Assembly: GCA_002238865.1 (NCBI GenBank)
Contig: MPNE01000012.1
Location: 22,937-86,936 of the forward strand
Reading direction: 5' to 3'
From: Gemmatimonadetes bacterium bin94
GTDB taxonomy: Bacteria > Gemmatimonadota > Gemmatimonadetes > Longimicrobiales > Gaopeijiaceae
DNA: 64,000 nucleotides
Shown here: positions 35,349-44,878 of the stretch, piece by piece
Numbering within the stretch: the stretch's first letter is position 1
How the letters are laid out: the number at the start of each line of letters is the position of its first letter
Program-made: the position numbers and the translations under genes
The notes under the pieces: model-generated
Told to the model about the DNA's origin: nothing
The model's input: only the letters and a program-made list of their open reading frames with translations
Database searches by the model: none

Positions 35349-35638
35349 CGGGATCCGGTCAGGCTGCTTCACGTATTCTCCTCCGTCGTCTGCGTACCAG
35401 GCGTGGGGTGGTCGACCAGCCCGGCGCGTCGTCGCTCTCGGTGCTGACGCGGGGTCTCGCCACGGGCTGCCTAGAAGTAAGCGGGAGATCCGGGGGCCGC
35501 AACCGGTTTTCCCGCCATATCGTCGTCCCTCATCGTGTGGACTGCTGGCCGATATTCGTGTCCGGCGGATCGTCGTCCATTGAAAGCTGTCCCGTTCAGC
35601 CGTTGCTCCGCCCCCGGCCCGGGTACATCCTTGATGGC

Positions 35639-35941
35639 ATGAAAACGGCTGAAGGAGAAACGCGCCGGGCACTGAGCCGGCTCCGCCGTGCGCTGGAAAA
35701 GGCCCGGCGCGAAATTCGGGCGCTGCAGCAGCTGCTGGAGCGGTCCGAGGCCGAGGGCTTCCCCGGGGACGACTATGCCGAGATGGACGAGCACCTGGGT
35801 GCGGTGACCGACCTGGTCAACCGCGAGCAGGCGCGCCAACAGTCGAAGATCCTGCGGAGTGGGGGGATCGGGCCCGGGAGGCTGCGAGGATCGTCGGGTG
35901 GAGCTGATCGCCGTCCCGGGATGTGGGGGGACGATTCATGA
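35639..35941 (+). CDS. Hypothetical small coiled-coil-like protein
   Basis: ATG 35639. It is Arg/Glu/Leu-rich (LSRLRRALEKARREIRALQQLLERSEAEG). Its stop overlaps the next gene's ATG in ATGA. There is no clear Shine-Dalgarno motif, so coding status is uncertain. Confidence 0.35.
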   Translation: MKTAEGETRRALSRLRRALEKARREIRALQQLLERSEAEGFPGDDYAEMDEHLGAVTDLVNREQARQQSKILRSGGIGPGRLRGSSGGADRRPGMWGDDS

Positions 35942-37656
35942 AGCGGCGCGACTTCCTGGCCGGCGGGATCGCAGGGGTTGCGGGGCTGGGTGGACGCGCC
36001 GCGCACCTGCAGGCGGATGCCCCTTCGCGGCACGTCTTCGGGCGGGGATCGGCAGGTGCGGCAGGCCGGGCGGACCTCGTCGTTCGCGGTGGCACGATCC
36101 TTGACGGAACCGGGGCGCCGCCTCGCGCCGGCGACGTCGCCGTTTCGGGGGACCGCATCACCGCGGTGGGGCAGGTCACCACGACCGGTACCGTCGAAGT
36201 CGATGCCCGCGGCATGGCCGTCGCCCCCGGGTTCATCGACATCCATTCCCATGCCGACCTTTCCCTGCTGGTCAATCCGCGCGCGGAGAGCAGGGTCCGC
36301 CAGGGAGTGACGCTGGAGGTCGTCGGGCAGGACGGCAGCTCCATCGGACCCTGGAGCGACGGCGCCTTCGAGGCCACCCGCGACCGTTACCGGCGGAACT
36401 TCGACGTCGAGATCGACTTCCGGGACATTGCCGGCTTTCTCGACCGGATCGATCGGGAGCGTCCTGCCGTGTCGGTCGCATCGATGGTCGGTCACGGGAC
36501 GGTTCGCAGCTACGTCATCGGAGGCGCCGACAGGCCGGCGACGCCGGCGGAGATCGACCGGATGCGCGGCCTCGTGCGCGAGGCGCTGGCCGGTGGAGCG
36601 GTGGGACTGTCGACCGGGCTCGAGTACACGCCGGGCAGCTTCGCCGACAGGGCTGAACTGGTGGCGCTCGCGGAGGAGCTTCGGGGGACCGGCTACCCCT
36701 ATGCGTCGCACATGCGAAACGAAGACGACCGCCTTCTCGCGGCGTTGGAGGAGGCGCTGCATGTGGGGCGGGTGGCGCGGGTGCCCGTTCAGGTGTCGCA
36801 CCTGAAGGCACAGGGAGAACGCAATCACTGGAAGGCTGAGGCCGCTCTCGCGGCGATCGAGGCCGCGCGCAGCGGCGGGGTCGATGTCCACTTCGACCGC
36901 TACCCCTACGTTGCCTACGCGACGGGCCTCTCGAACCTCTTCCCCGCCTCTCTGCGGGCGGGCGGCACGGAGAGCTTCCTGGCGCGCCTCGCCGATCCGG
37001 TTGACGGCCTGGTCCTGGAGCAGGCCTGCCGGGACAAGATCGCGCTGCTGGGGTCGTGGGACGCGGTCCAGATCACCCGGATCGGCGGCTCCAATGCCTT
37101 CGCCCGGGGGCGGCGGCTCGGTGAGCTGGCCACCGAACTCGGCGAGGACCCCTACGACCTCACGGTACGTCTCCTGCGGGAAGCGGGCGGCAGCGTGGGG
37201 ATGATCGGGTTCGGCATGTCCGAAGACAACACGGCTCGCATTCTCTCCCATCCTCTCGCAATGGTGTGCTCCGACGGCGGCGCGTACGCCCCTTACGGCC
37301 CCCTCTCGAACTCGTCACCTCATCCGCGCGGCTACGGGAGCTTTCCCCGGCTGCTGGGACACTACGCGCGGGATCGCGGGTCGATGCCGCTGGAAGTTGC
37401 CGTCCACAAGATTTCGGGACTCCCGGCGAGCAAGCTCGGGCTCGCGGACCGGGGCGTGCTCAAGGAGGGTGGCGTCGCCGATATCGTCGTCTTCGATCCG
37501 GGGATTGTCGCCGACAGCGCCACCTTCGAAGCCCCGCACCAGTACCCGGAGGGCATCCCCCACGTCATCGTCTCCGGTGTGCACACGATCCGGGACGGCG
37601 AGCAAACGGGGCAAATGGGCGGTCGCGCGGTGCGGGGCAGCGGCGCCGGACGATGA
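35938..37656 (+). CDS. N-acyl-D-amino-acid deacylase family amidohydrolase with a twin-arginine signal
   Basis: MKRRDFLAGGIAGVAGLGG is a Tat motif. DLVVRGGTILDGTGAPPRAGDVAVSGDRITAVG...VAPGFIDIHSHAD, and the C-terminal GVLKEGGVADIVVFDP...VIVSG, match the family. Confidence 0.8.
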   Translation: MKRRDFLAGGIAGVAGLGGRAAHLQADAPSRHVFGRGSAGAAGRADLVVRGGTILDGTGAPPRAGDVAVSGDRITAVGQVTTTGTVEVDARGMAVAPGFIDIHSHADLSLLVNPRAESRVRQGVTLEVVGQDGSSIGPWSDGAFEATRDRYRRNFDVEIDFRDIAGFLDRIDRERPAVSVASMVGHGTVRSYVIGGADRPATPAEIDRMRGLVREALAGGAVGLSTGLEYTPGSFADRAELVALAEELRGTGYPYASHMRNEDDRLLAALEEALHVGRVARVPVQVSHLKAQGERNHWKAEAALAAIEAARSGGVDVHFDRYPYVAYATGLSNLFPASLRAGGTESFLARLADPVDGLVLEQACRDKIALLGSWDAVQITRIGGSNAFARGRRLGELATELGEDPYDLTVRLLREAGGSVGMIGFGMSEDNTARILSHPLAMVCSDGGAYAPYGPLSNSSPHPRGYGSFPRLLGHYARDRGSMPLEVAVHKISGLPASKLGLADRGVLKEGGVADIVVFDPGIVADSATFEAPHQYPEGIPHVIVSGVHTIRDGEQTGQMGGRAVRGSGAGR

Positions 37657-38816
37657 CCGCCCCGTCCGACCGGGCGATGTGGACCCTGTTGGACGGGCTC
37701 GCCTCGACGCTTCGCGAATGGTCCCGGCAGTCCCGCGACTTCAACCGCCTGGCCCTCGAGATCCACGAGATCCAGCGCGCCGCCAACCCGGTGCTGCGCC
37801 GGTACTGGGACGCCAACACTGCGCGCGACCCCTCGTCCTGGGAAGAGATCCCTCCGGTTCCGGTTGCCGCCTTCCGGGACGTGCCGATCGTGTCGGGTGT
37901 GCCCGAAGTCACCTTCCGGACGAGCGGGACGACCGGCGGTGGGGGGCGTCGCGGCGAGCACCACGTCGCAAGCCTGGATCTCTACCACGCTTCCGCGCGC
38001 GGGAACTACCGGCGTCACCTTCTGGGCGGTCTCGAAACGGTGTCGGTCGTCTCGCTGATTCCCTGCCCCGAAGACGCTCCCGATTCGTCCCTTTCGGTCA
38101 TGGCGGGCTTCATTTGCCGGGAGCCCGAGGTGTCGTCCGCTACGTGGGCCTTCAACCCCGAACACGGGGTGGATGCGGGTGCGGTCCGGGAGGCCGTCGG
38201 GGACGCTTTCCGCGTCGGCGACCCTGTCCTCCTGCTGACGACCGCCTTCGCACTGGTTCACCTCCTTGACGAGTTGGCCGGGCAGGGGGCGGACAATCGT
38301 CACGGGAACGGCGAGCGTGCGTCCACAGACGGGCGTCTCCCGCTTCCCGAAGGTTCCCGCGTCATGGAGACCGGGGGCTTCAAGGGCCGCGTGGCTGCTG
38401 TTGACCGGGGGGCCCTCTACGGACGGGTGGAGCGTGTCCTGGGCGTACCGGAGTCCCACATCGCGAGCGAATACGGAATGACCGAACTCCTGTCGCAGGC
38501 GTACGACCGGGTGGCCGCCGCCGAATCACCGTGCGAATCGGCCGCGCGCGTGCTTCGCTTTCCGCCCTGGGTCCGAACCCGGGCCCTGGATCCGGCGACC
38601 CTGGCCCCCCTTCCTCCCGGCGATTCCGGTCTCCTGGCCTACTTCGACCTCGCCAACGCGGGGTCGGTGTGTCACGTGCTGACCGAAGACTTCGGATGCA
38701 CCACGGACGACGGCGGCCTCCATCTGCTCGGCCGGGCGCCGGGAGCGAGTCTGCGCGGATGCTCCCTCGTCGCGGAGTCGTTCCTGCGGGCGACGCGGCG
38801 CGGCGCGAGATCGTAG
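37653..38816 (+). CDS. LuxE-type acyl-protein synthetase (fatty acid reductase synthetase subunit homologue)
   Basis: ATG 37653 overlaps the upstream stop in ATGA. Motifs parallel Vibrio LuxE: IPPVPVAAFR, FRTSGTTG, METGGFKG, FPPWVRTRALDPATLAPLPPGDSGLLAYFD and RGCSLV. Confidence 0.85.
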   Translation: MTAPSDRAMWTLLDGLASTLREWSRQSRDFNRLALEIHEIQRAANPVLRRYWDANTARDPSSWEEIPPVPVAAFRDVPIVSGVPEVTFRTSGTTGGGGRRGEHHVASLDLYHASARGNYRRHLLGGLETVSVVSLIPCPEDAPDSSLSVMAGFICREPEVSSATWAFNPEHGVDAGAVREAVGDAFRVGDPVLLLTTAFALVHLLDELAGQGADNRHGNGERASTDGRLPLPEGSRVMETGGFKGRVAAVDRGALYGRVERVLGVPESHIASEYGMTELLSQAYDRVAAAESPCESAARVLRFPPWVRTRALDPATLAPLPPGDSGLLAYFDLANAGSVCHVLTEDFGCTTDDGGLHLLGRAPGASLRGCSLVAESFLRATRRGARS

Positions 38817-38875
38817 CAGCCCATGGACCCGGTCCTCCCGGCGCTCCAGCGGCAGCGCTTACGCGCGGGCTAGCC

Positions 38876-40252
38876 ATGCCACGGGACCGCCCCGTCGACG
38901 CATGGATCCTGCCCCCGGCGATCCCTGCTCCCTCGACCTTCCAGCACGCACGGGCGGGCGGGCTGACGATCCGTTATCCCCAGCCGGACCATGACCTGGC
39001 TGGTGTCATCATCTCCTCGCTGCGTGACGCCCGGCGTGCCCTGGCCACGTTCGAGACGAAGGAACTGGTGGCGATCCTGGGCGGGGTCGGGGAGCGGTTT
39101 GCCCGCGGCCTGGATGACCGGCGCATCGGAGAGGTTGCGGCCAACGCCGACCTGTCCCCGGCCATGGCCGAGACAGCGCTCGGCGGGATGACGCAATCGT
39201 GGACGACGAGCGCACTCGACCGCCTGGTCCGCGCCGAGTTCCGGGATCCCGGAGTCCTGGACGGCTTTGTTGCCCGGGACCGCCGAAGTATCCGTGCGGC
39301 GTCCCCGGGCGTCAGCGTCCACTTCGGCGCGGGTTCCGTACCCGGCGTCACCGTCACGTCGATGGTCCGGGCACTACTGGTCAGGTCACCGGTACTGGTC
39401 AAGCCCGGCGCGGGCGACGTGGCCTTGACCGTACGTTTCGCGCGGGCGCTCCACCGCGCCGACAGCCGCCTCGCCGCGGCGGTGGCGGTGTGCTATTGGC
39501 CCGGCGGTGCGGCCGCCTCGGCCGACTGGGAACGGGAGGTGCTTGCGCGATCCGATCAGGTCGTCGTGTACGGCGGCCAGGGCACGATCGAGTCCATTCG
39601 CGCACGAGCTCCCGCGACCACGCGGCTGGTCGAGCACCCCCACAGCGTCGGCGTCGCCATCGTGGACCCAGGCGGGGCTCGCGACTCGCCGGAGAGCGCT
39701 GCACGGGCCGTCGCGATGGTCGATCAGAAGGGCTGCGTCAGCACCCACCTGATCCTGTTGCTCGGCGGTGCCCGGGAGGCGCGACGCTGGTGTGGCCAGT
39801 TGGCCGATCGGCTGGCCGCATTGGAGACCAGCCTTCCTCCGGCTGCCGCCCCTCCCGGCCAGTTGTCGGCGATTCACCAGCTCAGGGGGCGCCTCGCGGT
39901 CAGGAGCGCGGCGTCGCAACGCATCGAGATCTGGTCTGCCGAGGGACCGGGGTGGACAGTCATCCTCGCCGGCGGTGACGTATTCGAACCGATCGGCAGC
40001 CGGACCGCCTGGGTGGTTCCGGTCCGTGACCGGAGTGCGTGCCTGGATGCTCTCACGCCCCTGTCACGGGTGCTCCAAACGGTCGGGCTGGCCGGTCCCC
40101 GAACGGAGGACTCGGAACTGGTCGAGGGACTGGCCGCCCTGGGCGCCACCCGGATCGTCCCCCTTGACCAGGTCTCCTTCCCCGATACGGAGTGGCTACA
40201 CGACGGTCGTCGCCCGCTTGGAGAGCTGGTCCGCTGGGCCGAGCGGCGCTGA
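38876..40252 (+). CDS. LuxC-type acyl-CoA reductase (aldehyde-forming) homologue
   Basis: ATG 38876. Motifs parallel LuxC: HFGAGSVPGVTVTSMVRALLVRSPVLVKPG, YWPGG...VVVYGG, DQKGCVSTH (putative catalytic Cys) and LHDGRRPLGELVRW. Confidence 0.85.
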   Translation: MPRDRPVDAWILPPAIPAPSTFQHARAGGLTIRYPQPDHDLAGVIISSLRDARRALATFETKELVAILGGVGERFARGLDDRRIGEVAANADLSPAMAETALGGMTQSWTTSALDRLVRAEFRDPGVLDGFVARDRRSIRAASPGVSVHFGAGSVPGVTVTSMVRALLVRSPVLVKPGAGDVALTVRFARALHRADSRLAAAVAVCYWPGGAAASADWEREVLARSDQVVVYGGQGTIESIRARAPATTRLVEHPHSVGVAIVDPGGARDSPESAARAVAMVDQKGCVSTHLILLLGGAREARRWCGQLADRLAALETSLPPAAAPPGQLSAIHQLRGRLAVRSAASQRIEIWSAEGPGWTVILAGGDVFEPIGSRTAWVVPVRDRSACLDALTPLSRVLQTVGLAGPRTEDSELVEGLAALGATRIVPLDQVSFPDTEWLHDGRRPLGELVRWAERR

Positions 40253-40279
40253 GGTCTGCTGTGTGGGCGTAGTGCCCGC

Positions 40280-40471
40280 TCAGTCCTCTGGCTCAGGGTC
40301 AGCCCGCCACATGACAAGCTGGCGGATTCCAGTCGGGTTCTCTTCTACGCGGACCGTCAAGGTATCTCCTTCGCGAATGCCGCACCGCTCCCGCATGCTC
40401 AGCGGAATCGTCATGCGCCCTCCGGTTCCCACGGTCACGTCCCCGTAGAAGATCGTTCGATAGATTGCCAC
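40280..40471 (-). CDS. AbrB/MazE/SpoVT-family DNA-binding protein (antitoxin-like), solitary
   Basis: GTG 40471 is preceded by AAGGAG at 5 nt. GGRMTIPLSMRERCGIREGDTLTVRVEE is a SpoVT-AbrB swapped-hairpin motif. It is 63 aa (the ORF-track version is 78 aa). Confidence 0.65.
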   Translation of the reverse strand: MAIYRTIFYGDVTVGTGGRMTIPLSMRERCGIREGDTLTVRVEENPTGIRQLVMWRADPEPED

Positions 40472-40718
40472 ACGTACTCCTTGGTGTTCGTGTTCATACG
40501 CCCATAAAATAATCAAAGTGCCCGAACGGGGGCGGGGGCGCTTACAGAACGAGTACCCGCCAATGGCTGCCGGGTGCCGCAGGTTTCGCCGGTCGCCTCA
40601 CGGATTGCTGAACACTCTCGCGGCTGGTGCCGTACCTTCTGCTGGGCTTCAAAGTCGCTGCCCTCGGCCCCCGGGGAGGATTCCGGGCTGGCGAAATGTC
40701 TCCAACAAGGATGAGTCC

Positions 40719-41660
40719 GTGACGGATCCAGTGGTTCGACTGTCGGGCGTGACGAAGAGTTTCGGCGCGCATACGGCGGTCTCCGAATTCGATCTCACCA
40801 TTCCCCGCGGCACCATCCTCGGCCTTCTGGGGCCGAACGGATCCGGGAAGACGACCACCATTCGGATGATGATGGCCATTCTTCTCCCCGATCGGGGCAC
40901 CGTCGAACTGCTCGGGGGATTTCCCGACTTCTCCCGTCGCGCCCGGGTGGGCTACCTGCCGGAAGAACGTGGCGTGTACGTCAAGATGAAGGTGCTGGAC
41001 CAGTTGGTCTTTCTCGGCGAGCTCAGGGGAATGGCGAGACCTGTCGTGCGCAGGCGGGCGATGGAATGGCTGGAACGGCTCGGACTCGGGGAGTGGGCGA
41101 GCAAGAAGGTCCAGGAATTGTCCAAGGGGATGCAGCAGAAGGTGCAGTTCATCGGCACCGTGCTTCACGACCCCGATTTGCTGATCCTCGACGAGCCTTT
41201 CAGCGGCCTGGACCCGATCAACCAGGACGTGCTCGAGTCGATCGTCCGGGAGCAGCGGGAGCAGGGGAAGACGATTCTCTTCTCCACTCACCTCATGGAG
41301 CAGGCCGAGCGGATGTGTGAGCGAGTGTGCCTCATCTCGAAATCCCGAAAGGTGCTGGACGGGAACCTCAAGAAGTTGAAGCGGCGCGAGCGGTCCGGGG
41401 TGGTGGCGATCGAATTCGAGGGCGATGACCGGTGGCTCCTGCGAATGGGGTTCACGGATCCCGAGAGGGTCGGCGACGCCTATCACCTCGCCGTGAGCGA
41501 TACGGCCACGCAGGATCGGCTCCTCGCCGGAGCGGTGGCGGAAGGGGTGAGTCTGCGCCGCTTCGAGGTCCTGGAACCGAGTCTTCACGAGATCTTCGTG
41601 AGGCACGCGGGAGAACAGTCGGACGAGCCGCCCTTGAGGGCCGCGGGAGGTGCGCGATGA
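40719..41660 (+). CDS. ABC transporter ATP-binding protein (ABC-2 / NatA-like exporter)
   Basis: GTG 40719. Walker A is GPNGSGKTT, the signature is LSKGMQQK, and Walker B is LLILDEPFSGLD. Confidence 0.85.
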   Translation: MTDPVVRLSGVTKSFGAHTAVSEFDLTIPRGTILGLLGPNGSGKTTTIRMMMAILLPDRGTVELLGGFPDFSRRARVGYLPEERGVYVKMKVLDQLVFLGELRGMARPVVRRRAMEWLERLGLGEWASKKVQELSKGMQQKVQFIGTVLHDPDLLILDEPFSGLDPINQDVLESIVREQREQGKTILFSTHLMEQAERMCERVCLISKSRKVLDGNLKKLKRRERSGVVAIEFEGDDRWLLRMGFTDPERVGDAYHLAVSDTATQDRLLAGAVAEGVSLRRFEVLEPSLHEIFVRHAGEQSDEPPLRAAGGAR

Positions 41661-42904
41661 GACAGGTATGGGTGGTTTTGCGGCGTGAGTACCTCGAGCG
41701 CGTCAAGACGAAGGGGTTCATCATCGGGACGCTGGCGATGCCCGTGCTCCTGCTCGGCTTTGTCGGGCTGACGGCGTTCATGGGCGTGCAAGCCGAGCGG
41801 TCCGAGCGGGAGATCTCCCTGATCGACCTTACCGGCCAGATCGGCGACGCCGTCGCCAGCGGCATGGCCGACGTGGGATATGACCTCGAGGTGGTCGGCA
41901 CCGACGTGGGGCTGGAAGAGTTGGATCGTCGGGTTGTCGACGAAGAAATCGCCGGCTACGTCATTCTCGACGACCTGACTCTGAACGAGGGTGCATTCGC
42001 CTACCGGGGCCTCGACTTTCCGGGAACCGTGCGGCGGGCGCTGCTGGAAAGGTTTGTTAAGGAAACGGTGCTGGATATGCATCTCTCCTCGGTCGGGTCC
42101 GAGTCGGCGGTGCGGCGGCTGCTGAGCGGGGGTGGCATGACCTTCGAGTCCCTCGGGGAAGAGCAGGGCGAGATGGAACGGATCACGGGGATTGCCACCG
42201 GGATCGCCGGGGCGATGGTCCTCTACATCACGATGATCCTTTACGGCGCGTACGTGTTGCGCGCGGTGCTCGACGAGAAGCGGAACCGGGTCGTCGAGGT
42301 GGTGCTCTCCGCGCTCAGCCCCTGGCGGCTCATGCTCGGCAAGATCCTCGGTGTCGGACTCATGGGGTTGACCCAGGTCGGCATCTGGGTTGCCTGCGCG
42401 GCAATGATCGGCCTGCTGGGTGTTCCCATGGTGGCTGCCGCGCTGCCGGCCGCCGACCTGAGCGAGATCGCCGAGTTTCTCCCCGGGCTCGGCGCGCTCG
42501 GGCTCCTCCTCGTCTTCTTCATTCTGGGGTACTTTCTCTATTCGTCCCTGTTCGCGGCCGTCGGGGCGATGTGCAACACCGAGGAGGAGGCGCAGCAGGC
42601 TCAGTTTCCGGTGATCACCCTGCTGATCGCGCCCTTCATGATGCAGATGATGACCCTGGGCGGACGCGCTCCCGGGTGGATGGACTGGGCTGCGGTCTTC
42701 CCCTTCTTTTCCCCGGTCATGATGTATCCGCGAGCGGTTGCCGGGAGTGTGCCCTGGTGGATGGTGGCGCTTTCCCTGGTCCTGATGGCGGTGGCGGTGG
42801 TCGGCACGGCCTGGGTTGCGGGAAGGATCTACCGCGTCGGGATCCTCATGCAGGGGAAGCGGCCGACGCTGCGCGAGGTCGTCCGTTGGATCAGGGTGGC
42901 CTAG
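41657..42904 (+). CDS. ABC-2 family transporter permease (NatB-like)
   Basis: ATG 41657 overlaps the upstream stop in ATGA. It has an N-terminal TM helix, a large extracytoplasmic loop and a C-terminal bundle of 5 TM segments. Confidence 0.75.
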   Translation: MRQVWVVLRREYLERVKTKGFIIGTLAMPVLLLGFVGLTAFMGVQAERSEREISLIDLTGQIGDAVASGMADVGYDLEVVGTDVGLEELDRRVVDEEIAGYVILDDLTLNEGAFAYRGLDFPGTVRRALLERFVKETVLDMHLSSVGSESAVRRLLSGGGMTFESLGEEQGEMERITGIATGIAGAMVLYITMILYGAYVLRAVLDEKRNRVVEVVLSALSPWRLMLGKILGVGLMGLTQVGIWVACAAMIGLLGVPMVAAALPAADLSEIAEFLPGLGALGLLLVFFILGYFLYSSLFAAVGAMCNTEEEAQQAQFPVITLLIAPFMMQMMTLGGRAPGWMDWAAVFPFFSPVMMYPRAVAGSVPWWMVALSLVLMAVAVVGTAWVAGRIYRVGILMQGKRPTLREVVRWIRVA

Positions 42905-42946
42905 GATCGCCGCCGAACTGGAGCGCCGGTGCGTCCGGCCGCGGGG

Positions 42947-43684
42947 TCAGCGCTTCACGACCGCGTCCACGAATCGCCGCAGCAGGCCGTGTGCGTCGGG
43001 TGTCGCCTCGATCCGGGCGATCAGATCCTCAAAGGTGGTTCCGGCCACCTCGGCGACGTACTTGGGGTAGGCGGACAGGCGCGTGAGAATGCCGTGGGCG
43101 TCCAGCTCGGGGTGGAACTGGGTGCAATAGACCGGGGCATCGTCAAACCGGTAGGCCTGATTCACGACCCTCGACGACGACGCCAACAGGGTAGCGTGGG
43201 GCGGCAGGGTTTCCACCAGGTCCTCATGGCCCATCTGCGCCTTGAAGGACGCAGGCAGGGACGCGAAGACGGGGTCGTCCCTGCCCGCGCGGGTCAGCAC
43301 GATCTCGTGAGTCCCCACCTCGGCGCGGCCGATGTCGTGGACGACTCGTCCGCCCATGGCTGCGGCCATCGCCTGGAAGCCCCAGCACGACGCGAACGCG
43401 GGTACGCCCGAGGCGTGTACCTCCCGCAGCGAATCCAGCGCGGCATCGAGCCACGGACCCCCCTTTGCGGCGGAGTAGTCGCCGCTTCCGCCGAGCAGCA
43501 CGAGGTCCACGCCCTCGAGGTCCCGGGGGTGCAGCAATCCTTCGAGCAGGTCGAAGACCTCGATGCGGGCGTCCCGGGGGGACAGGGCGCGGCCGAAAGA
43601 CCGGATCTCGTGACCCGCCATGGAATCCCCGGGGTCGCGAACCTGGAGGAGGAGGCAACGGAGTGGTCTGGAGGCGGAGATCAT
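42947..43684 (-). CDS. Class I glutamine amidotransferase (GATase1) domain protein
   Basis: ATG 43684. Motifs: LLLQVRD, DLVLLGGSG, the nucleophile context FASCWGFQ, and FHPE. Confidence 0.75.
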   Translation of the reverse strand: MISASRPLRCLLLQVRDPGDSMAGHEIRSFGRALSPRDARIEVFDLLEGLLHPRDLEGVDLVLLGGSGDYSAAKGGPWLDAALDSLREVHASGVPAFASCWGFQAMAAAMGGRVVHDIGRAEVGTHEIVLTRAGRDDPVFASLPASFKAQMGHEDLVETLPPHATLLASSSRVVNQAYRFDDAPVYCTQFHPELDAHGILTRLSAYPKYVAEVAGTTFEDLIARIEATPDAHGLLRRFVDAVVKR

Positions 43685-43739
43685 TCTGCGTGTGGCTTGG
43701 GGGCCGGTGTCGGGCGGAGAGGCACGCTCCCGGCGGGAC

Positions 43740-44069
43740 TCAGATGGCGGAACGCAGCAGGGCGGCCAGGTGATGCCGGTCCAGGGCCCCGGCTGCCTGC
43801 AGGGCTTCGTCACGGCTCGGTTCGATAATGATCACCGCCGTACGAACAGGGTCCTCATGGTCGGCCTGGTCGGTCGGGATGTAACACAGGCGGGCCCGGC
43901 AGGGATCGAGATCCTGTGCCTCTTCGACGAACTCGAGGTGTACGTCCCAGAATCTGCCCTCGTGAGTGAAGGTCGTGATGTGCATTCCCATGGACATGCT
44001 GGGGCTCACGTCGTCGGACGAATTGTCGGACGGATCGGACCGACCCGGGGGCATGGAACTCGGCTCCAT
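43740..44069 (-). CDS. Hypothetical protein
   Basis: Open frame with an ATG at 44069; a later start at MGMHITTF is possible. I recognised no family. The upstream part of ORF 43740..44201 overlaps the predicted act promoter. Confidence 0.3.
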   Translation of the reverse strand: MEPSSMPPGRSDPSDNSSDDVSPSMSMGMHITTFTHEGRFWDVHLEFVEEAQDLDPCRARLCYIPTDQADHEDPVRTAVIIIEPSRDEALQAAGALDRHHLAALLRSAI

Positions 44070-44191
44070 GGAATGTAGTCTAGCGAACGAAGTGCCCGGC
44101 GGGGTAGTCCGAAGGCGGCTCGCACTGTAGCCGGATGGCGGACGCACCCCGGCTCGCGGTCTCGCCGCTTGCCGTGCTACCCTCCTGCTCG

Positions 44192-44220
44192 TTGACATCA
44201 TCGCGACCGATTCCTACCTT
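44192..44220 (+). promoter_or_regulatory. Candidate sigma70-type promoter for the act operon
   Basis: TTGACA (44192..44197), a 17-nt spacer, then TACCTT (44215..44220), about 70 nt upstream of actA. A hairpin (cggcct-ttcgg-aggccg) follows. Confidence 0.35.
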
Positions 44221-44289
44221 CCGTCGGCCTTTCGGAGGCCGTACGAGACTCCCAACGAACCCTCAACCCGACCCACCGACGGGTCATCG

Positions 44290-44862
44290 ATGCCTACCGC
44301 TCTAATGAAAAGGTTGTGGCTGGCGACTGGGGGGGGAGCTGTCCCGGCTCTCCTGGCTGTCTTTCTGGTCGGTTGCGGGCAGGTGCCGGAGGGCGGCTCG
44401 CCGACCGAGATCGCGGACGCGGGGGCGGAGTCCCAACCGATTCAATTCCCCCACGACACGCATGCGGGTCAGTTCCTGATCAACTGCCAATACTGCCATT
44501 TTTCGGCGGAACGGTCGGTCGACGCCGGGATACCGCCGGTCGCGACCTGCATAGGGTGTCACAGGGAAGGGATCGTCGACGGGAGGAACAGCCCGGAGGA
44601 GGTCGCGAAGGTCCGCGACTACTACGACTCCGGCACACCCATCCCGTGGAGGCGCATCTACAAGGTCGCCGATCACGTCAAGTTCCCCCATATGCGCCAT
44701 GTCGCAGCGGAAGTCTCTTGCCAGACCTGCCACGGCCAGGTGCAGGAGATGGGCGTGCTCGAGGAGATGGCACCGGAATCGGGTGAGCTCAGGATGGGTT
44801 GGTGTGTCTCCTGCCACCTGGAGCGCGGGGCTTCCCGCGACTGCACGGTATGTCACTACTAG
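44290..44862 (+). CDS. actA: Alternative Complex III subunit ActA (pentahaem cytochrome c, lipoprotein)
   Basis: It has five CxxCH motifs (CQYCH, CIGCH, CQTCH, CVSCH, CTVCH) and the lipobox LVGC. It is the first gene of the actABCDEF-ordered cluster. Confidence 0.8.
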   Translation: MPTALMKRLWLATGGGAVPALLAVFLVGCGQVPEGGSPTEIADAGAESQPIQFPHDTHAGQFLINCQYCHFSAERSVDAGIPPVATCIGCHREGIVDGRNSPEEVAKVRDYYDSGTPIPWRRIYKVADHVKFPHMRHVAAEVSCQTCHGQVQEMGVLEEMAPESGELRMGWCVSCHLERGASRDCTVCHY

Positions 44863-44878
44863 CCCGCGGCGGGAATTC

